Assembly (NCBI GenBank): GCA_000165345.1 | Contig: CM000432.1 | Coordinates: forward strand, 1,024,001 to 1,088,000 | Direction of reading: 5' to 3' | Length of the DNA stretch: 64,000 nucleotides | Part shown: positions 1 through 10,490 of the stretch, one piece after another | How the letters are laid out: each line of letters begins with the position of its first letter | How positions within the stretch are numbered: the first letter of the stretch is position 1 | Notes under the pieces: generated by a model | Database searches by the model: none | What the model saw: the letters and a program-made list of their open reading frames with translations, nothing else | Told to the model about the DNA's origin: nothing | Made by a program: the position numbers and the translations under genes

Positions 1-372
1 ATGATTTTTATAAAGATGATAATGAAGAATTTTCAATTTCAAAAAATTAAAGCAATTTCTAGACAGAGAATATATGAAATGATAACAGAAATACAAAATA
101 GAGAAGATTTATATCAATTTAATGAAGATAGAAAAATAGAATTACTTGGTAAATATTATATAATTTTAAGATACCTTAAGAATAACTTAATTTCAATATC
201 ATTAGGAAAAGTTCATATTGATAATTATATTAAAAATTCTCTTGGAATGAATATCAAAGAATTTCAAACATCTAAAAATAGTAATATCAATTTAATGGAA
301 GATTTTAATAGTAATATAAATAATAACAATAATAATAATAATAATAATAATAATATTCAAGAAAAAAAATAA
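1..372 (+). CDS. 3' end of a gene starting upstream of the window; N/K-rich low-complexity protein ending in a poly-Asn tract
   Basis: Open frame from position 1 with no start codon in the window, so the gene begins upstream. Ends at TAA 370-372 immediately after an (AAT)n microsatellite encoding N13. The next ORF (467..859) is open in the +1 frame from 320, overlapping this repeat (see findings). Confidence 0.35.
   Translation: MIFIKMIMKNFQFQKIKAISRQRIYEMITEIQNREDLYQFNEDRKIELLGKYYIILRYLKNNLISISLGKVHIDNYIKNSLGMNIKEFQTSKNSNINLMEDFNSNINNNNNNNNNNNNIQEKK
319..357 (+). repeat. (AAT)n microsatellite encoding poly-Asn
   Basis: taataacaataataataataataataataataat; it sits at the junction of two overlapping reading frames. 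Confidence 0.9.
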
Positions 373-466
373 TATTTATCAAGAACCATTAATAATTGCT
401 TTAAAAGAACAACTAAAATCTTGGTGGTATAATAATTCAAAAGATTATATAGATTTTAGATTAGTT

Positions 467-859
467 TTGGTATTTTGTGGATTACTTATGATAATATTTG
501 CAATAATATTATTATTAATAAAGATAATGAGATATTATAATTGGGTACCTTTAAAATCTTTAAAATTAGAATTAAAGAAAAGATTCCGAACTAATTCAAA
601 AATATTCATAATAGATATTTCAAGTGATGAAGATTCTGATATAAGTCAAGATAAGGAAAAGAAAAGAAAAAGAAGAGTTAAATCAAGAAAGATATATGAT
701 TCACAAGAAATTAGTTATACTCCTAGAAGTGAATATTTATCAAATAAAAGTTATACTCTTTCTCAAAGATTTAATACAAATAATTCAGAAACAAGGAAAA
801 AGTTAGAGATTCACCTTCAAATAGTCCAAGTTCAAAAGAATTTAAATTATCCAATTTAA
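467..859 (+). CDS. hypothetical small membrane protein (one predicted TM helix, K/R/S-rich tail); possibly part of one frameshifted gene spanning 1..1110
   Basis: Track ORF; the translated start is TTG and there is no upstream in-frame ATG. The frame is open from 320 through the (AAT)n tract. The hydrophobic segment FCGLLMIIFAIILLLIKI is a candidate TM helix. Acidic SSDEDSD and KKRKRR motifs follow. Confidence 0.3.
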   Translation: MVFCGLLMIIFAIILLLIKIMRYYNWVPLKSLKLELKKRFRTNSKIFIIDISSDEDSDISQDKEKKRKRRVKSRKIYDSQEISYTPRSEYLSNKSYTLSQRFNTNNSETRKKLEIHLQIVQVQKNLNYPI

Positions 860-861
860 AT

Positions 862-1110
862 ATGAGTTTAAGCCATTCATCATTATCATCTTTTGATAAC
901 TTTAAATCCAGAACCAATACAATAAAAGAACTTGAAATAATTGAAATGGAGAGAAATTTAGATATTGGAATTACAAATCCAAATTCGAATAACAATAATA
1001 ATGATAATGATAATAATAATAATAATACAAAAAATACTTATACTGAATTATCTACATTTGTTTCAAAAAATAATAAATTTCAAGATCAAGATAATACCCA
1101 TGATCATTAA
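862..1110 (+). CDS. hypothetical S/N-rich ORF; the frame is open from 784 and overlaps the end of the previous ORF
   Basis: ATG at 862. The same frame is open back to 784, overlapping 467..859. An A5 run at about 795-800 is a plausible frameshift point. Poly-N/D is encoded by GATAAT repeats at 1001-1023. Confidence 0.3.
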   Translation: MSLSHSSLSSFDNFKSRTNTIKELEIIEMERNLDIGITNPNSNNNNNDNDNNNNNTKNTYTELSTFVSKNNKFQDQDNTHDH

Positions 1111-1231
1111 TTCTTGGGTATTTTTTTCATCCCAAATAATAATTATTTTAGATAAACAAGAATTAAAACATTCTAAGATTTAAAAGAGAAAAAAAAAATA
1201 TGATAAGAAAGAAAAAACAATAAATTTCCTT

Positions 1232-2329
1232 CTATAAACCCTTTATTCTACTTGTATAATAATCCAAAAGCTCACTAACTATCATTGATGTTGTAATTTC
1301 AATTTTATTTTGATTAAAATTATGGTTACCTTTATGGTTATTTTTATCGGTATCGTTATTGTTATCGGTATCGTTATTGTTATTGATATCGTAATCAATA
1401 TCTTTTTTATTAATATTAGAATTTGAATCATTTTCTGAATAAATGTTAATTATTTGTTTAACAACAAGTTGAGTTAGTTTGTGATCATTATTAGAAACAA
1501 TTGAATTATCAACTTTAGATTTGTTATTATGATTTTGATTGTAAGCATCATTTTTTAAAAGATTACATTGTAAAATTCCCCAAAGAGCTCTTAAATTGGA
1601 CTTTTGAATATTTAAAGCCAAACAAAAGTATTGTCTAGATCTAGAATAATTTCCAAGAGCTAAATGTAAGTCAGCTATAATATTAATAGTATCAATATTT
1701 TGAGGTTCATGAAGTAGAATTTCTTCCATACAAAAGAGAGCAGATTCATATTCAAGCGTATGAGTAAGAAGATAATAAGCTTTCATTTTCCAAGCATTAA
1801 TATCCATGATACATTCTCTCAGATGTTCATCTATTAATGATACATTATTTTCAAAAAGCACTGAAATGACTCTTCTTCTAATTTCAAGATCTTCAGGATC
1901 AAATTTTAAAAGTTGTTTATATACATCTAAAGCTTTTTCAATTTCTCCTCTGCTTTCTAAAAGCATACCAACAAGTTTTTTATATCTAAATGTACTGCCA
2001 TGTTTTTTATTCAGTTCATCCATACAGTATTTTTGCCATTTTGAAATCTTATTTTTATGTCCATCATTTTCATATTTAACTCCGAAATGAAATGTTGCTA
2101 ATGCAATACTTTCCATTACATCCCATTTTCTTTCTCCTAATTTTCTGTTATAATCTAAAATGAGTGTTGTCCCTAATAATATTACAAGTTCAACATAATT
2201 TAGTGCTTTAAATTTTTCAAATTGGTTATAAAGCTCCTTATAAGACAGGTTTTTAATTTCTTTTAAATCCATTATCTTATCTTGATCCAAGTTAGTATTC
2301 CTGCTTTGTTCACTAACAGCTCCTCCCAT
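1232..2329 (-). CDS. TPR-repeat protein with an N-terminal MGGAVSE N-myristoylation-type motif
   Basis: The track ORF 1232..2350 starts at TTG, and the first ATG gives MGGAVSEQSRN. Several TPR-like helical repeats follow (LALGNYSRSRQYFCLALNIQKSNLRALW, ALDVYKQLLKFDPEDLEIRRRV). An 18-bp tandem repeat at 1346-1400 encodes a DTDNNN repeat near the C-terminus. Confidence 0.75.
   Translation of the reverse strand: MGGAVSEQSRNTNLDQDKIMDLKEIKNLSYKELYNQFEKFKALNYVELVILLGTTLILDYNRKLGERKWDVMESIALATFHFGVKYENDGHKNKISKWQKYCMDELNKKHGSTFRYKKLVGMLLESRGEIEKALDVYKQLLKFDPEDLEIRRRVISVLFENNVSLIDEHLRECIMDINAWKMKAYYLLTHTLEYESALFCMEEILLHEPQNIDTINIIADLHLALGNYSRSRQYFCLALNIQKSNLRALWGILQCNLLKNDAYNQNHNNKSKVDNSIVSNNDHKLTQLVVKQIINIYSENDSNSNINKKDIDYDINNNNDTDNNNDTDKNNHKGNHNFNQNKIEITTSMIVSELLDYYTSRIKGL
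1346..1400 (-). repeat. 18-bp tandem repeat (atcggtatcgttattgtt, about 2.3 copies) inside the TPR gene, encoding (NNDTDN)n
   Basis: There are two perfect copies at 1346-1363 and 1364-1381, then a degenerate third. Confidence 0.85.
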
Positions 2330-2557
2330 TGTGAACAAAAAAACAGTCAAATATCCTGGTTAAAAAGAAAAAAAAAAATTAATTAAAAAAGAGGAACTTG
2401 ATAATTTAATTGAATAAATTGAATTATTGTCTTAAAATATAATTTTTCTTTTTTAATTTAAGAAAAAAAAGTTATTCTTTCCAAATTAATCCTTTTTTTC
2501 CCCTTTGCCACCCCTCTTTATTTCCCTGCCAAAATAGTAACCAAGTGCCCCTTACGT

Positions 2558-2572
2558 GTTGGCGCCAAAATG
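2558..2572. promoter_or_regulatory. E2F-like element GTTGGCGCCAAAATG in the divergent promoter between the TPR gene (-) and the secreted gene (+)
   Basis: A palindromic TGGCGCCA core flanked by T/A runs. A second half-site CTGCCAAAAT lies at 2526-2535. Confidence 0.55.
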
Positions 2573-2815
2573 CAGCTAAATATTATGAATAGTCGAAAAA
2601 GACTATTATTAATAGAAGAAAAAAAAATTAAAATTAAAAATAAATTAGCTGTGATAATAGCAAATAAACTTTTAATAAAAAAAGAAAAGGAGGATTAAAT
2701 TAACTTTATTTCCTCAGGGATACAAGAATTGAGAAGTTTATGGATATAGACCAAATATATTAATCACTCCATATCGAGATTTTTTATAATTTAATTAATA
2801 TTATTACACGTAATA

Positions 2816-5170
2816 ATGACGTGTTTTACAAGCAGGTGTATACAGATATTGGTTTTTTCGTGCCTTTTATGTTTTTTTGCTGCAGTAGAATCATCTGTAA
2901 ATAAAATAGATACATCAGAGTTGGATTCTATATGGAATAATGATTTGATACTTGGTAGTGCTCCAAATGGTAAATTAAAATCGATTTCGAGTATGTTGGA
3001 TAGCTTTGCTTTGGAGCAGAAGCCAGTTATAAGTAAGAATATTGAGAAACCTAAAGAAGTTAAGACTGAGAATATTATTAAGAATGAATCAGTTAAACCA
3101 GTAACTAAAGTAGAAGAACCTTTGAAAGAAATTGTCGATATAATTGTAGAAGAAAAAGGAATTAATGAAAGAACTTACTTTCCTGAAAATGTTAAAAAAT
3201 TGGATGATCTTCCAAAACCATCATATTTTGAAAGATCTAAAGTATTATCTCTTTTGTCTAAAGATATGAGTTTGGATTTATTTACAAATGAAAATTTACC
3301 ACCAGAATATAGTTTTTTGGAGAGTATAGTTTCTATTAATAATAAAACGTTGGAAATGTCAGGCTTAGATTTATTTCAAGGTTTTGTATCTGATATTGAT
3401 TCAATTTGTAGACTTTCAGTTAAATGGTTTGAAAATTATCCAAAATTTGTAAAAGTTTTAAGGAAAGTTGATAGTCGAATTTCAGGTCATTATAATCCAG
3501 AAAGTAAAGAAAATCATTCAAATCTTGGTCAAAAGACTAGGCTTAGTAGAAGATTTACTAATGATTGGATTAACTTCCTTAATTTATTGAAAACCATTGA
3601 AATTGATTCTAAAACTTACAGACATAATAGAAGAATGCTTAGAAAGTATAAGGAAATTAACCACAAAGATCTCAAACAGTATCGTAGAAACATTTATAAT
3701 GAACTGCAATTATATAACAATTTACTTTTGAGTATACTTTTAAAGCTAAGCTTTTATATTCAATATATTGTTTACTTTCCAAATACTGGAAAGCTTTTTG
3801 GTGGAAATGAAGATTATAACTATAATAGTCAATTTAAAAAAAAATATCAAAAACAACTTTCTGATGAAAATGATGAATTAATCAAACTTAATAGAATTGA
3901 TATTTATGTAAACCGAATTCCAAGTGATATTCTTAGAGAGGTGAGAACTTCAATATCTTCTTGTTCTGGAGTTGTTAAAATTTTACATGGATATGGAATC
4001 CATCTAGACTCTACTCCAAATGATATTATCTCATTATATCTCCAATATAAACGTATTACAAGAATACTTTTGAATATTTATAATAGTGAAAGAAGCCATC
4101 TATTTGAAAAGCATAATAGTAATAATAATCTTTCATCAATAAATTTTAAATCCAACTATGACAATTATGGTAAACGCTCTAAGCACATTTTTGACCAAAA
4201 TTTTGTTCCAAATAAAATTGGTTTCAAACCATTTCAAATTCAAGAAGAAAAACAAAAGTTCCAAGAAAAAAGAAAACCTCAAAAATCAAAACATATAGAA
4301 AACTTTTCTAATGTTAATAAAGATCCTACTGAACTTAAATTTAACTATCTCTCAAAAGAATCAGCTGAGAAATATGTCAATGAAAATGAAAGAAATCTTT
4401 TCCAACTAATTAATCAAGATCTTACTACTAATAAATTTAATAAAGAAACGGGACTTAGCATTTCTAAAAAAAGACCATCTGGTGCCTCCGGGCTTGTTAT
4501 TTTCAGCCAGAAATATAATTTTGAATCCGAATATGACTGTACCGCCAAAATCTTAAATAATGGAAATGTTGAAATTAACTTTAATAAAAACATACTTTCT
4601 GGATTTAGTGGTAAGATTAGTACATGGTTTAAAAACAACTACCTAAAACACTTTTATAAAAACAAAAAAAACAATCTTATCCCACTTCAATTTAAACTCA
4701 TGATTGCTTGTCCATATGCTATTTCAAATCATTGCATGCAAAATAATTGTGGCGGCCTGAATGACGTGTTTATGTTGATATATTTAGTAGGAAGATTAAA
4801 AGGTTATTATGACGACTGGAAGATTGTTACTGAGTTTAATTCAATTACTGCAGATACAAATATGCAATGGAAAATTGTTTCAATCTTGATTCCAGATATT
4901 CAGTCACATTTAGGAAAAATGTGTCCTGTACAATCAAACTCATTAAAATCTCAAGTTCTAAAAACATCAAGACAAGTAGTTTTTAAAAGTCCCGTACAAT
5001 TTGAAAATCTTTCTGAAGAGTTTAAGTATGAGAATGCTAATATTAAAGAGTCAATTATAAGAAATTGTCTTAATTACGTACAAGAAGAAACAGTTATTGA
5101 GTTTTTAACAAAAGATGGAAGAGATGATGGAATGGCTATATGTAGAAATAATCATTTATATATAAGTTAG
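2816..5170 (+). CDS. secreted protein with an N-terminal signal peptide and no recognisable domain; 784 aa, likely lineage-specific
   Basis: ATG at 2816. A hydrophobic N-terminus (CIQILVFSCLLCFFAAVESS) is followed by a polar K/N/E-rich body with scattered Cys. It is a long uninterrupted ORF with AT3-biased codons consistent with its neighbours. Confidence 0.8.
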   Translation: MTCFTSRCIQILVFSCLLCFFAAVESSVNKIDTSELDSIWNNDLILGSAPNGKLKSISSMLDSFALEQKPVISKNIEKPKEVKTENIIKNESVKPVTKVEEPLKEIVDIIVEEKGINERTYFPENVKKLDDLPKPSYFERSKVLSLLSKDMSLDLFTNENLPPEYSFLESIVSINNKTLEMSGLDLFQGFVSDIDSICRLSVKWFENYPKFVKVLRKVDSRISGHYNPESKENHSNLGQKTRLSRRFTNDWINFLNLLKTIEIDSKTYRHNRRMLRKYKEINHKDLKQYRRNIYNELQLYNNLLLSILLKLSFYIQYIVYFPNTGKLFGGNEDYNYNSQFKKKYQKQLSDENDELIKLNRIDIYVNRIPSDILREVRTSISSCSGVVKILHGYGIHLDSTPNDIISLYLQYKRITRILLNIYNSERSHLFEKHNSNNNLSSINFKSNYDNYGKRSKHIFDQNFVPNKIGFKPFQIQEEKQKFQEKRKPQKSKHIENFSNVNKDPTELKFNYLSKESAEKYVNENERNLFQLINQDLTTNKFNKETGLSISKKRPSGASGLVIFSQKYNFESEYDCTAKILNNGNVEINFNKNILSGFSGKISTWFKNNYLKHFYKNKKNNLIPLQFKLMIACPYAISNHCMQNNCGGLNDVFMLIYLVGRLKGYYDDWKIVTEFNSITADTNMQWKIVSILIPDIQSHLGKMCPVQSNSLKSQVLKTSRQVVFKSPVQFENLSEEFKYENANIKESIIRNCLNYVQEETVIEFLTKDGRDDGMAICRNNHLYIS

Positions 5171-5345
5171 AAATTCTTTTTATATTTGAATTATCTTCAA
5201 AGCAAACAAAAAAAACCAAGACAGTTTTGTATTATATCAATTGATATTTAATACAAAAGTTAAATAATGAGTTAACCCGTAAAGGTGATACCCCTTAGTC
5301 CAAATGATATTACCAGGAAAATTTGTTGCTCAAGCTTAAGCTTAA

Positions 5346-8300
5346 TTATCCGTCCTTCTTATTCAAATATTGTTTTTTAATTAATTGTACCAATTTCTTG
5401 GCTTTTAAATTTAAACATTGGCTTATATTCTGACTAGACAAATTTGTTAATTTATTATAAAGCCAAACTAAATTGGAATTACTATTATTGGTATTTAATA
5501 TTAAATTGAACGAAATTGAATTTCGTTTTGAAAAGTCCTCAAATCCTTGTTCTTCACTAATAAGTTTTGACAAGTTTTCCAAGTCTAACTCATTCAAAGA
5601 TATATTTTTTATTGAATTATTCTCATTATTTAAACTCTTTAGTATACACAATATGTATAAATCATACTTAATTAAAACAACTCTTTTTTTTTGTATCTCT
5701 TCGTTATCAAATAATTCGTAATTAACTGAATCTTTTGATTTCATTAATGATTTTAATTTACTCCATTCTAATGAAATCTCACATAATTCTTCAGTAAAAT
5801 ATGAGCTTTGTAAATTCTCCAAATCTTTATCTACAGAAAAAATCTCAAATAAAACTTTAAAAGCTACATCAAAGATACTTCCTTTATTAGAACTGTAATT
5901 ATTTGTAAATAACACACAATACAAAATTTTAACAATTTCTTCAACTTTTAAGATAATTTTATTAATACTTCTTTCTAAAATATAACTCAAAACTAACATT
6001 AGTAAGTTCTTCATTACTTCAAACTCCATATTTAATTTTATCTGATCTTCAAAAGGTAAATAGTTCAATTTCTTTAAAACTAAAAATAATTCCTCCTCAT
6101 TCATTAAATTGTGTTCCACTAAAAATAATTTTATTTTTGAAACTTCAATTTTATTTCCATTAGAAATTACTAACAGTGAAAATTGTGTAATCAATTCATA
6201 TAAATGTATACTCATCATAATCTTTAACTCTAATTCAATTAAAAACTTATCAATTAAATTTGAATCTTCATCTTTATATAATATTTCCATTTCTTTACTT
6301 ATTGAAATAATTTCCTTAAAGTTAAAATTACGATATGATAAATTCATTAATTTTTCATTATTACTATCAATTATCCAATATCTATTAAAAATCATTATTA
6401 TATAATTAACCAAGTCAATCGAAAATTTTCTAGCTAAATCAAAATTATTTGTATTTTCATTATTATTTCTTAAAGATGAAATTAATATGTAATATCCTGT
6501 TATTTTGAAGTTCTTAAATAATTCATCTATTTGATTAAAACTATCTTCATAGTTTAAACCAATATTTGACTTTGATTTATAATAAGAATCTGAAATATAA
6601 TATATTCTCTCTAATAATGCATTATATAGCTTTTCAAAGTCTGAACTAGCTATTAAACACTTAAATGATTGTAGAATTAATCCATTTAATGATAAATGTT
6701 CATTCCAATCTTTCAAAACTTTAATAGTAAGTTCATGATTATTTCCTAGATATAGATTTGAAATTAGCCAAGCACATTGAAATAAGTTGTAACAGCAGTA
6801 CATTTCTATAGCTTTATGGCATCTTCCTAATAAAATATTTAAAATACAATATTCATGAAGAATATTTGGATTTTCTCCAATAGAAACTGTTATGTTTTTT
6901 TGTTTATTACAATTATTTGAAGAATTTAAAGAATTAAGTTTGAATTGTAATTTGTCCAATCTCATTAATAACAAAGATCTAATAATATTATCAGTATCAT
7001 TAAAATCAGAAAATTCAGAACCTTGTAAATTTCTTGAATTCATATGAAAATTATATATTAACCATTCTATAAGTAAGTCATCATCTTTTATATTTTGAAA
7101 GTTTTCAATAATCTTTGAAAAATCGATTTGATCCAATTTAATTGTGTTAATAATATTAAGATATTTTGAATTTTGTTTTTCCATGAAATTCTTTAATAAG
7201 TATGAATCAAAATCAATCTGGCCATTAATTAAATATAAATAATCAATAAAAATGTTCAAATTCTTGTTAAATTTTGTATTAATATTGGTTTGATTTATCT
7301 CATTTTCATTCTCAAAATATTTCTCAAAATGGAGTTGAATTAAATTTGATGATGAATCTTCATGATTAAAGAACAAAATCAAATCCAATATTATTTCATT
7401 ATATTGTAACTCATTTAATATCTTTTTTACATCAGAATGAAAACTTTTAGAAATACAAAAATTTGAATTTGTATTAATTCCTTTTAAAGTATTTAGCTTA
7501 TATTTCAGTTTAAATTCTAAAAGGAGAGTAATAACTTTAAGACAAGTTTGATTATTTTGTTGGTAAAGTGTTTTATTTGTTAGAAATATTAAAGAATTCT
7601 TATTAATTACTTTATATTTTGATTGATTTATAATATTGTTAGAAATATCAAATAATTGAAGAATTTGTTCCTGACCTCCCATTAATAGTCTTAAATTACT
7701 TTCATAAACATTATCAAAATCTTTAATATCACGATACCATATTGACTTTGATTTGAAATGAAATTTATTAGTAATACTTCCTTTATGATCAGTATTAGGT
7801 CTAATCAATAAAATATCAGCAAAAATATCATCTTTATCAATTTCTGGAGTACTAGATACTTTAATTTGTACAATACTGGTCTGATTAAATTCATTAGAAA
7901 TTGCCAAATTAAATACAAAAGGAGACTTTTCTGACTTATGAGTTTGATTAATACTTGCAATTTCGATCATACTTAAAGCAATATAATTATAATATATTTT
8001 AGCTTTTTCTTTGAATACATTTTTAAGCTTATAAACTTTATTATTAAAAGATACAATAATTAGATTACCATAGTTTGTTACTAATATATAAATTTCTTTA
8101 AAATTTTGTAAGTTATTGAAAACAGTTATTCCATTAATAACTTTCTCAATAATTAGCTTTTTATCTGAATTTATATCCTCTAATCGAGTAATATTGGATT
8201 GTAATGCATTTTCAATTTCTATTATTTCAAAAGAGTTAAATTCTGTTTGATCTTTGTCAATTTGAGAAAAAATTAACTTGTAAATATAAATAGAAACAAC

Positions 8301-10490
8301 TTCTTGCTCATCTCTTAACTCATTTTGATTATCATGTACTGTTTCTATTGTTAATAGATTTGTTTTCACAGTATTAAGAAAACTCTTTTCAAGATAATCA
8401 ATTTGGATGTTTCCATTCATAGTCACAAAGTATAGAGTATTAGAGTAGTCAATTCCTAACCCTAAATTTGAAATTTTTAATTGAATTATATGTTCTTCTT
8501 TGGTTTCAGCTTCATAATTAGTTTTAAATTCAAAATATCTTGGTATTACACTCATAATAAGCTCTCCTTTTTCAAATTCTGGAGTTAAGTGAGCGAAAAA
8601 ACACTTCCTCTTCTTGTAATTATATACAAAAATAAGAGGATATCGATATATGTTGAAAATTAAAGAACTGAATAACTTTATTTGGCTATTAAAGAATTTT
8701 CCATTGTTAGAATCAAAGTTTTTAATGAGTAAATTTTGTTGAAAATCAGATGAGAAAGTCTTAATATCCTCTGGAGTAGGAGATGGAGATTTTAATAATA
8801 CTAACCAATCCAAGTCTGATTCCAATATAAAGTCTTTAAATTCAGACTTTTCGTGCAAGAAGAATGAATGTTTTTGATCAGAAATTTTTCGATTAAAGAT
8901 ATCTTTTCTCTTTAAATATTCAATATCACTCAATTCTATCTTAATTTTAATATTGCTATATTGACTTATATTATCAGGATTAATATATAATATTCCGAGG
9001 TTTCCAAGAGTAGTTGAGTAGAAGATATACTCAGGATTGATTGGATTCAAAGATATCTTTGAGATCTTCTCATCTTTAGAAAATCCATTAAAATGATCGT
9101 AAATATAACAACTTGTCGCTCTGTGAGTAAATTCTTTATGATATTTCAGTAAATCCATACCAATAAGCTTCCCTTCACCACTTAAGAGGTAAATAATATG
9201 AGAGAAACCATTTGGAGAAATTAACTCATCAATCCATCCTCCCAAAGTATTCATAGTCCATTCCAGTTTCCATTCTGTTGTGTTAAAAAGAAAAACTCTT
9301 TTACTTTTAGTAATACCTAATAAGTAAAAATTTGCATTAAGCTCATAGCTTAACACACTAAAGATTATTTCAGAGTTTAGTGGATCTTTGTTTCTTTCAT
9401 TTTCATGGAATGGAATAATAAATTTTCTTTTAATAGTAATTTCACTGTTTTCTAAAAATATAAACTCAATAATTTCATGATTCATAATGAAAAAAAAACC
9501 TCTTTGATTAATTTTAACTTGTTTATCATTAAAAACCAATAAATTCCAAGAACTTCCCTGAAATGTTTGATTCTTGGAATTGTTTTTTCCTTTACCTTTA
9601 TCTTTGATTTTTTCGAATCCTTGAAAATTGATTGAAGAATGATTAGTAAAGTCATCAATATTTATCTTGTTTATATTCTCAGACTTTTTGCAGTATCTAA
9701 ATAGGCATCTATTTCCTTTAGATGTACTAATAATCATTTCAGAATTCAAATCTATGATGCTTAGAATACTTCCTACTAATGTTGTTTTGTCATCTTCTAA
9801 AACTTGAAGAATATCGCCATTAAGTTTATTAATAATAATGATTTGACCATTTTTATATCCCAAAACAAGTTTTTCATTATCTAACATGCCACTAATTGAA
9901 GTAATCTCTTCTTTAATTGGGTGAAACCTTTCTATAAAGTTCTCAAGTTTATTTTTACTTTTCAAATCACTAATAGCTATCTTTAAAATCTCCCCAACTA
10001 CATCTCCAATAAAAATCTGTCCATTATTATAATAAACCACATTTGCTGGACTATTACACTTGGCTGAATCAAAAAGAAGACTAATTTTAAGTTCATCAAC
10101 AGGTATATCAGTGCTTTTTCCTTGCCCTGATTTTAAAATAATTTCATTTATTAAACCACCACTTTCTAAAACCCTTTTTCCTAGATAATTCTCATCAGTA
10201 ATCTTCCAAAATCTTATTTTATTATCAAGATGAGTACTAACTATTAGAATAGTCTCTGAATCCTCAGATAAATTTGAGCTTGTGAAAATTGAAACCCCTA
10301 TGGGTTTGCTTTTTACTCCACAATATACAGATGCCAAAATTCGATTTTCCAAAATGGTTGCAAGAATTAAACTATTCTTAGTTGAATAAACATAAATACC
10401 TTTTTTTTCTTCAAGAGATAAAGCACTAGTACAGAACCAATTTGGAGCTGGAGCTATTAGAATTCGATTTTTTTCACAATCTAAAGTCAT
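5346..10490 (-). CDS. very large (about 1714 aa) beta-propeller (WD40-like N-terminal half) plus alpha-solenoid scaffold protein; family unresolved, with nucleoporin, Elongator and rabconnectin-like classes possible
   Basis: A 5.1 kb uninterrupted ORF. The track start 10496 is TTG and the first ATG is at 10490. The N-terminal about 450 aa show repeated beta-strand/GH..WD-like periodicity (IRFWKI, LVLGYKNGQIIIINK). The C-terminal 1000 aa are helical and leucine-rich. Confidence 0.85.
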   Translation of the reverse strand: MTLDCEKNRILIAPAPNWFCTSALSLEEKKGIYVYSTKNSLILATILENRILASVYCGVKSKPIGVSIFTSSNLSEDSETILIVSTHLDNKIRFWKITDENYLGKRVLESGGLINEIILKSGQGKSTDIPVDELKISLLFDSAKCNSPANVVYYNNGQIFIGDVVGEILKIAISDLKSKNKLENFIERFHPIKEEITSISGMLDNEKLVLGYKNGQIIIINKLNGDILQVLEDDKTTLVGSILSIIDLNSEMIISTSKGNRCLFRYCKKSENINKINIDDFTNHSSINFQGFEKIKDKGKGKNNSKNQTFQGSSWNLLVFNDKQVKINQRGFFFIMNHEIIEFIFLENSEITIKRKFIIPFHENERNKDPLNSEIIFSVLSYELNANFYLLGITKSKRVFLFNTTEWKLEWTMNTLGGWIDELISPNGFSHIIYLLSGEGKLIGMDLLKYHKEFTHRATSCYIYDHFNGFSKDEKISKISLNPINPEYIFYSTTLGNLGILYINPDNISQYSNIKIKIELSDIEYLKRKDIFNRKISDQKHSFFLHEKSEFKDFILESDLDWLVLLKSPSPTPEDIKTFSSDFQQNLLIKNFDSNNGKFFNSQIKLFSSLIFNIYRYPLIFVYNYKKRKCFFAHLTPEFEKGELIMSVIPRYFEFKTNYEAETKEEHIIQLKISNLGLGIDYSNTLYFVTMNGNIQIDYLEKSFLNTVKTNLLTIETVHDNQNELRDEQEVVSIYIYKLIFSQIDKDQTEFNSFEIIEIENALQSNITRLEDINSDKKLIIEKVINGITVFNNLQNFKEIYILVTNYGNLIIVSFNNKVYKLKNVFKEKAKIYYNYIALSMIEIASINQTHKSEKSPFVFNLAISNEFNQTSIVQIKVSSTPEIDKDDIFADILLIRPNTDHKGSITNKFHFKSKSIWYRDIKDFDNVYESNLRLLMGGQEQILQLFDISNNIINQSKYKVINKNSLIFLTNKTLYQQNNQTCLKVITLLLEFKLKYKLNTLKGINTNSNFCISKSFHSDVKKILNELQYNEIILDLILFFNHEDSSSNLIQLHFEKYFENENEINQTNINTKFNKNLNIFIDYLYLINGQIDFDSYLLKNFMEKQNSKYLNIINTIKLDQIDFSKIIENFQNIKDDDLLIEWLIYNFHMNSRNLQGSEFSDFNDTDNIIRSLLLMRLDKLQFKLNSLNSSNNCNKQKNITVSIGENPNILHEYCILNILLGRCHKAIEMYCCYNLFQCAWLISNLYLGNNHELTIKVLKDWNEHLSLNGLILQSFKCLIASSDFEKLYNALLERIYYISDSYYKSKSNIGLNYEDSFNQIDELFKNFKITGYYILISSLRNNNENTNNFDLARKFSIDLVNYIIMIFNRYWIIDSNNEKLMNLSYRNFNFKEIISISKEMEILYKDEDSNLIDKFLIELELKIMMSIHLYELITQFSLLVISNGNKIEVSKIKLFLVEHNLMNEEELFLVLKKLNYLPFEDQIKLNMEFEVMKNLLMLVLSYILERSINKIILKVEEIVKILYCVLFTNNYSSNKGSIFDVAFKVLFEIFSVDKDLENLQSSYFTEELCEISLEWSKLKSLMKSKDSVNYELFDNEEIQKKRVVLIKYDLYILCILKSLNNENNSIKNISLNELDLENLSKLISEEQGFEDFSKRNSISFNLILNTNNSNSNLVWLYNKLTNLSSQNISQCLNLKAKKLVQLIKKQYLNKKDG

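Noticed and set aside
4414-4638. Short antisense ORFs inside the long CDSs (for example 4414..4638, 5473..5721, 6109..6405, 15399..15789, 23590..23838, 26085..26369)
   Set aside because: All are nested opposite well-supported long ORFs, with skewed low-complexity composition.
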